DNA from: Macrostomum lignano
Taxonomy: Eukaryota
DNA: 64,000 bases
NCBI GenBank assembly: GCA_002269645.1
Contig: NIVC01000868.1
Span: forward strand, 124,001-188,000
Direction of reading: 5' to 3'
In this document: in pieces, positions 62,185 through 64,000 of the stretch
How positions within the stretch are numbered: position 1 is the first letter of the stretch
Layout of the letters: each line of letters begins with the position of its first letter
Notes under the pieces: model-generated
Seen by the model: the letters and a program-made list of their open reading frames with translations, nothing else
The model's database searches: none
Told to the model about the DNA's origin: nothing
Made by a program: the position numbers and the translations under genes

Positions 62185-62712
62185 GGACTGGCACAGTCGC
62201 GCATAGGACTGGCACAATCGCACATAGGACTGGCACAATCGCGCATAGAACTGGCACAAGCGCGCATAGGTCTGGCACAAGCGCGCATAGGACTGGAACA
62301 AGCGCGCATAGGACTGGCACAATCGCGCATAGGACTGGCACAGTCGCGCATAGGACTGGCACAATCGCATATAGGACTGGCACAAGCGCGCATAGGACTG
62401 GCACAAGCGCGCATAGGACTGGCACAAGCGCGCATAGGACTGGAACAAGCGCGCATAGGACTGGCACAATCGCGCATAGGACTGGCACAAGCGCGCATAG
62501 GACTGGCACAATCGCGCATAGGACTGGCACAAGCGCGCATAGGACTGGCACAAGCGCGCTTAGGACTGGCACAATCGCGCATAGGACTGGCACAAGCGCG
62601 CATATAACTGGCACTTTCATAGGACTGGCACAAGCGCGCTTAGGACTGGCACAATCGCGCATAGGACTGGCACAAGCGCGCATATAACTGGCACTTTCAT
62701 AGGACTGGCGTT
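62185..62712. repeat. 21-bp minisatellite
   Basis: gcgcgcataggactggcacaa, about 25 copies. Confidence 0.92.
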
Positions 62713-63789
62713 CTCAATAATCGCTTAAATTCAATCAATCATAATAATGCACAGATTTCGGTTGCACAGGCATCGCACATACGAGTACCGGTATGTTCTG
62801 CAAAACAAGGCGTTGAACAAGGCGTTTTATCTGTAAAATGCGCGCTTGTACCTGTGCACACATCGATCTGCGCTAATGTCGCGCGCTTATTCGGCTAATT
62901 CTCACTCCATATTCCACGCTATGCCCCCTTCTCAGTGCTCTCATCTCTCAAGTCAAAATATTTCTCCTTCAATTCTTACCAGCCTGAGTCCTTGACAAGC
63001 GTAAGTTGAGCTGGACCCACTAACAGGTATTCAGCAGGCACTTGCACCGGGAGCAACCGGTAGCGGAAACCCCAGGCAGACACGGCATAAATCATGGCTC
63101 CGCTCTTAGAGACGCCTCAAAACTCACTGAGACCCAGCTTGCGGACAACGCTAACAGCCCCGGAATTTCCTCCATTTGAGCTCCCAGGGACGGCGCGGTC
63201 CTTCACCCGACACCGCACTGCAGTTTATAATAATAATATTTATGGATTACATGCAGCTTCTCACAAATCTTGCTGACCCTGGCAGCCTGCTGCCCCAGTT
63301 TGCCGACTGTGCAACTCGAGTAGAGACGGGGCCAGGCTAATTGAAATTTGAGACCACAGGCTCCCATTAGCTTTTCACTGAGGCCTGCTTTGACACTTGC
63401 TCCCCCTGCTGATTCACTGCTCTCTCTGTTTTGCCTCGGTGCTCACTGGCGCTTCCTGTTGTTCATTCAACAAGACTTATTCTACTCTAACTACTTCGAT
63501 TCTCCATGCAAATAGCAATATGCGAATAACTTTGAAAATTCTTCCAAATCCTGCAGGAGCGAATCCGGTCACCAGCCTCTGCTGCCAGCGAGAAAATTTC
63601 GAAGCTTTTGGACTCGTCGGCTGCAAAGGTAAGTTCTGAAATGCACCGGCTTTGTGCAAGCTGAGCAGCTCTTGGCCTCCTGGGCGCCTCATCTCACTTA
63701 GCAAGCTGTTCACCAGTTCCCAAGTTCTGAAGGAACACATGGAGCTGGCGGACACCGCCCTGGGCATCTTATCTTATTAAGGAAAGTAT

Positions 63790-64000
63790 TCACCAGCTGC
63801 CCTGTTCCTTCAGGCCCGCCAGCTCTCCTTTTCCTTCAGGCCCGCCAGCTGCCCTGTTCCTTCAGGCCCGCCAGCTGCCCTGTTCCTTCAGGCCCGCCAT
63901 GCAGCTGCCCTGTTCCTTCAGGCCCGCCAGCTGCCCTGTTCCTTCAGGCCCGCCAGCTGCCCTGTTCCTTCAGGCCCGCCATGCAGCTGCCCTGTTCCTT
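63790..64000. repeat. 26-bp minisatellite (runs off window)
   Basis: gccagctgccctgttccttcaggccc, with 31-bp variants. Confidence 0.9.

Overview
This is eukaryotic (animal) genomic DNA. It has GT-AG introns, GC-rich exons and introns packed with locus-specific minisatellites, a style reminiscent of the flatworm Macrostomum lignano (inference only). Main contents: (1) An 11-exon insulin/IGF-receptor tyrosine kinase gene on the minus strand (ATG 16802, running off the window at 1), whose long introns carry distinct arrays lying close to exon boundaries. (2) A Penelope-like element 3' fragment with two inverted hammerhead-ribozyme motifs (19072-19553), followed by a CpG-depleted block. (3) A ~10.5-kb insertion with imperfect TIRs and a GTTT TSD (22875-33364) in the (GT)n of a phase-1 intron. 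It contains a ~624-bp x12 tandem array whose unit is an intact intron plus an in-frame phase 1-1 exon, ending in a stop and AATAAA. (4) The decayed downstream exon of the host gene (coiled coil / hydrophobic hairpin / coiled coil), interrupted by an in-frame TGA and a 5'-truncated LINE. (5) A two-exon single-pass membrane-protein gene. (6) A multi-exon POMGnT1-like (GT13) gene on the minus strand with degenerate catalytic motifs. (7) A satellite-rich zone (44-57 kb) including a 5.9-kb 18-bp satellite. (8) Exons of a plus-strand C2H2 zinc-finger gene, again flanked by minisatellites. Coordinates were read by eye and no database searches were run.
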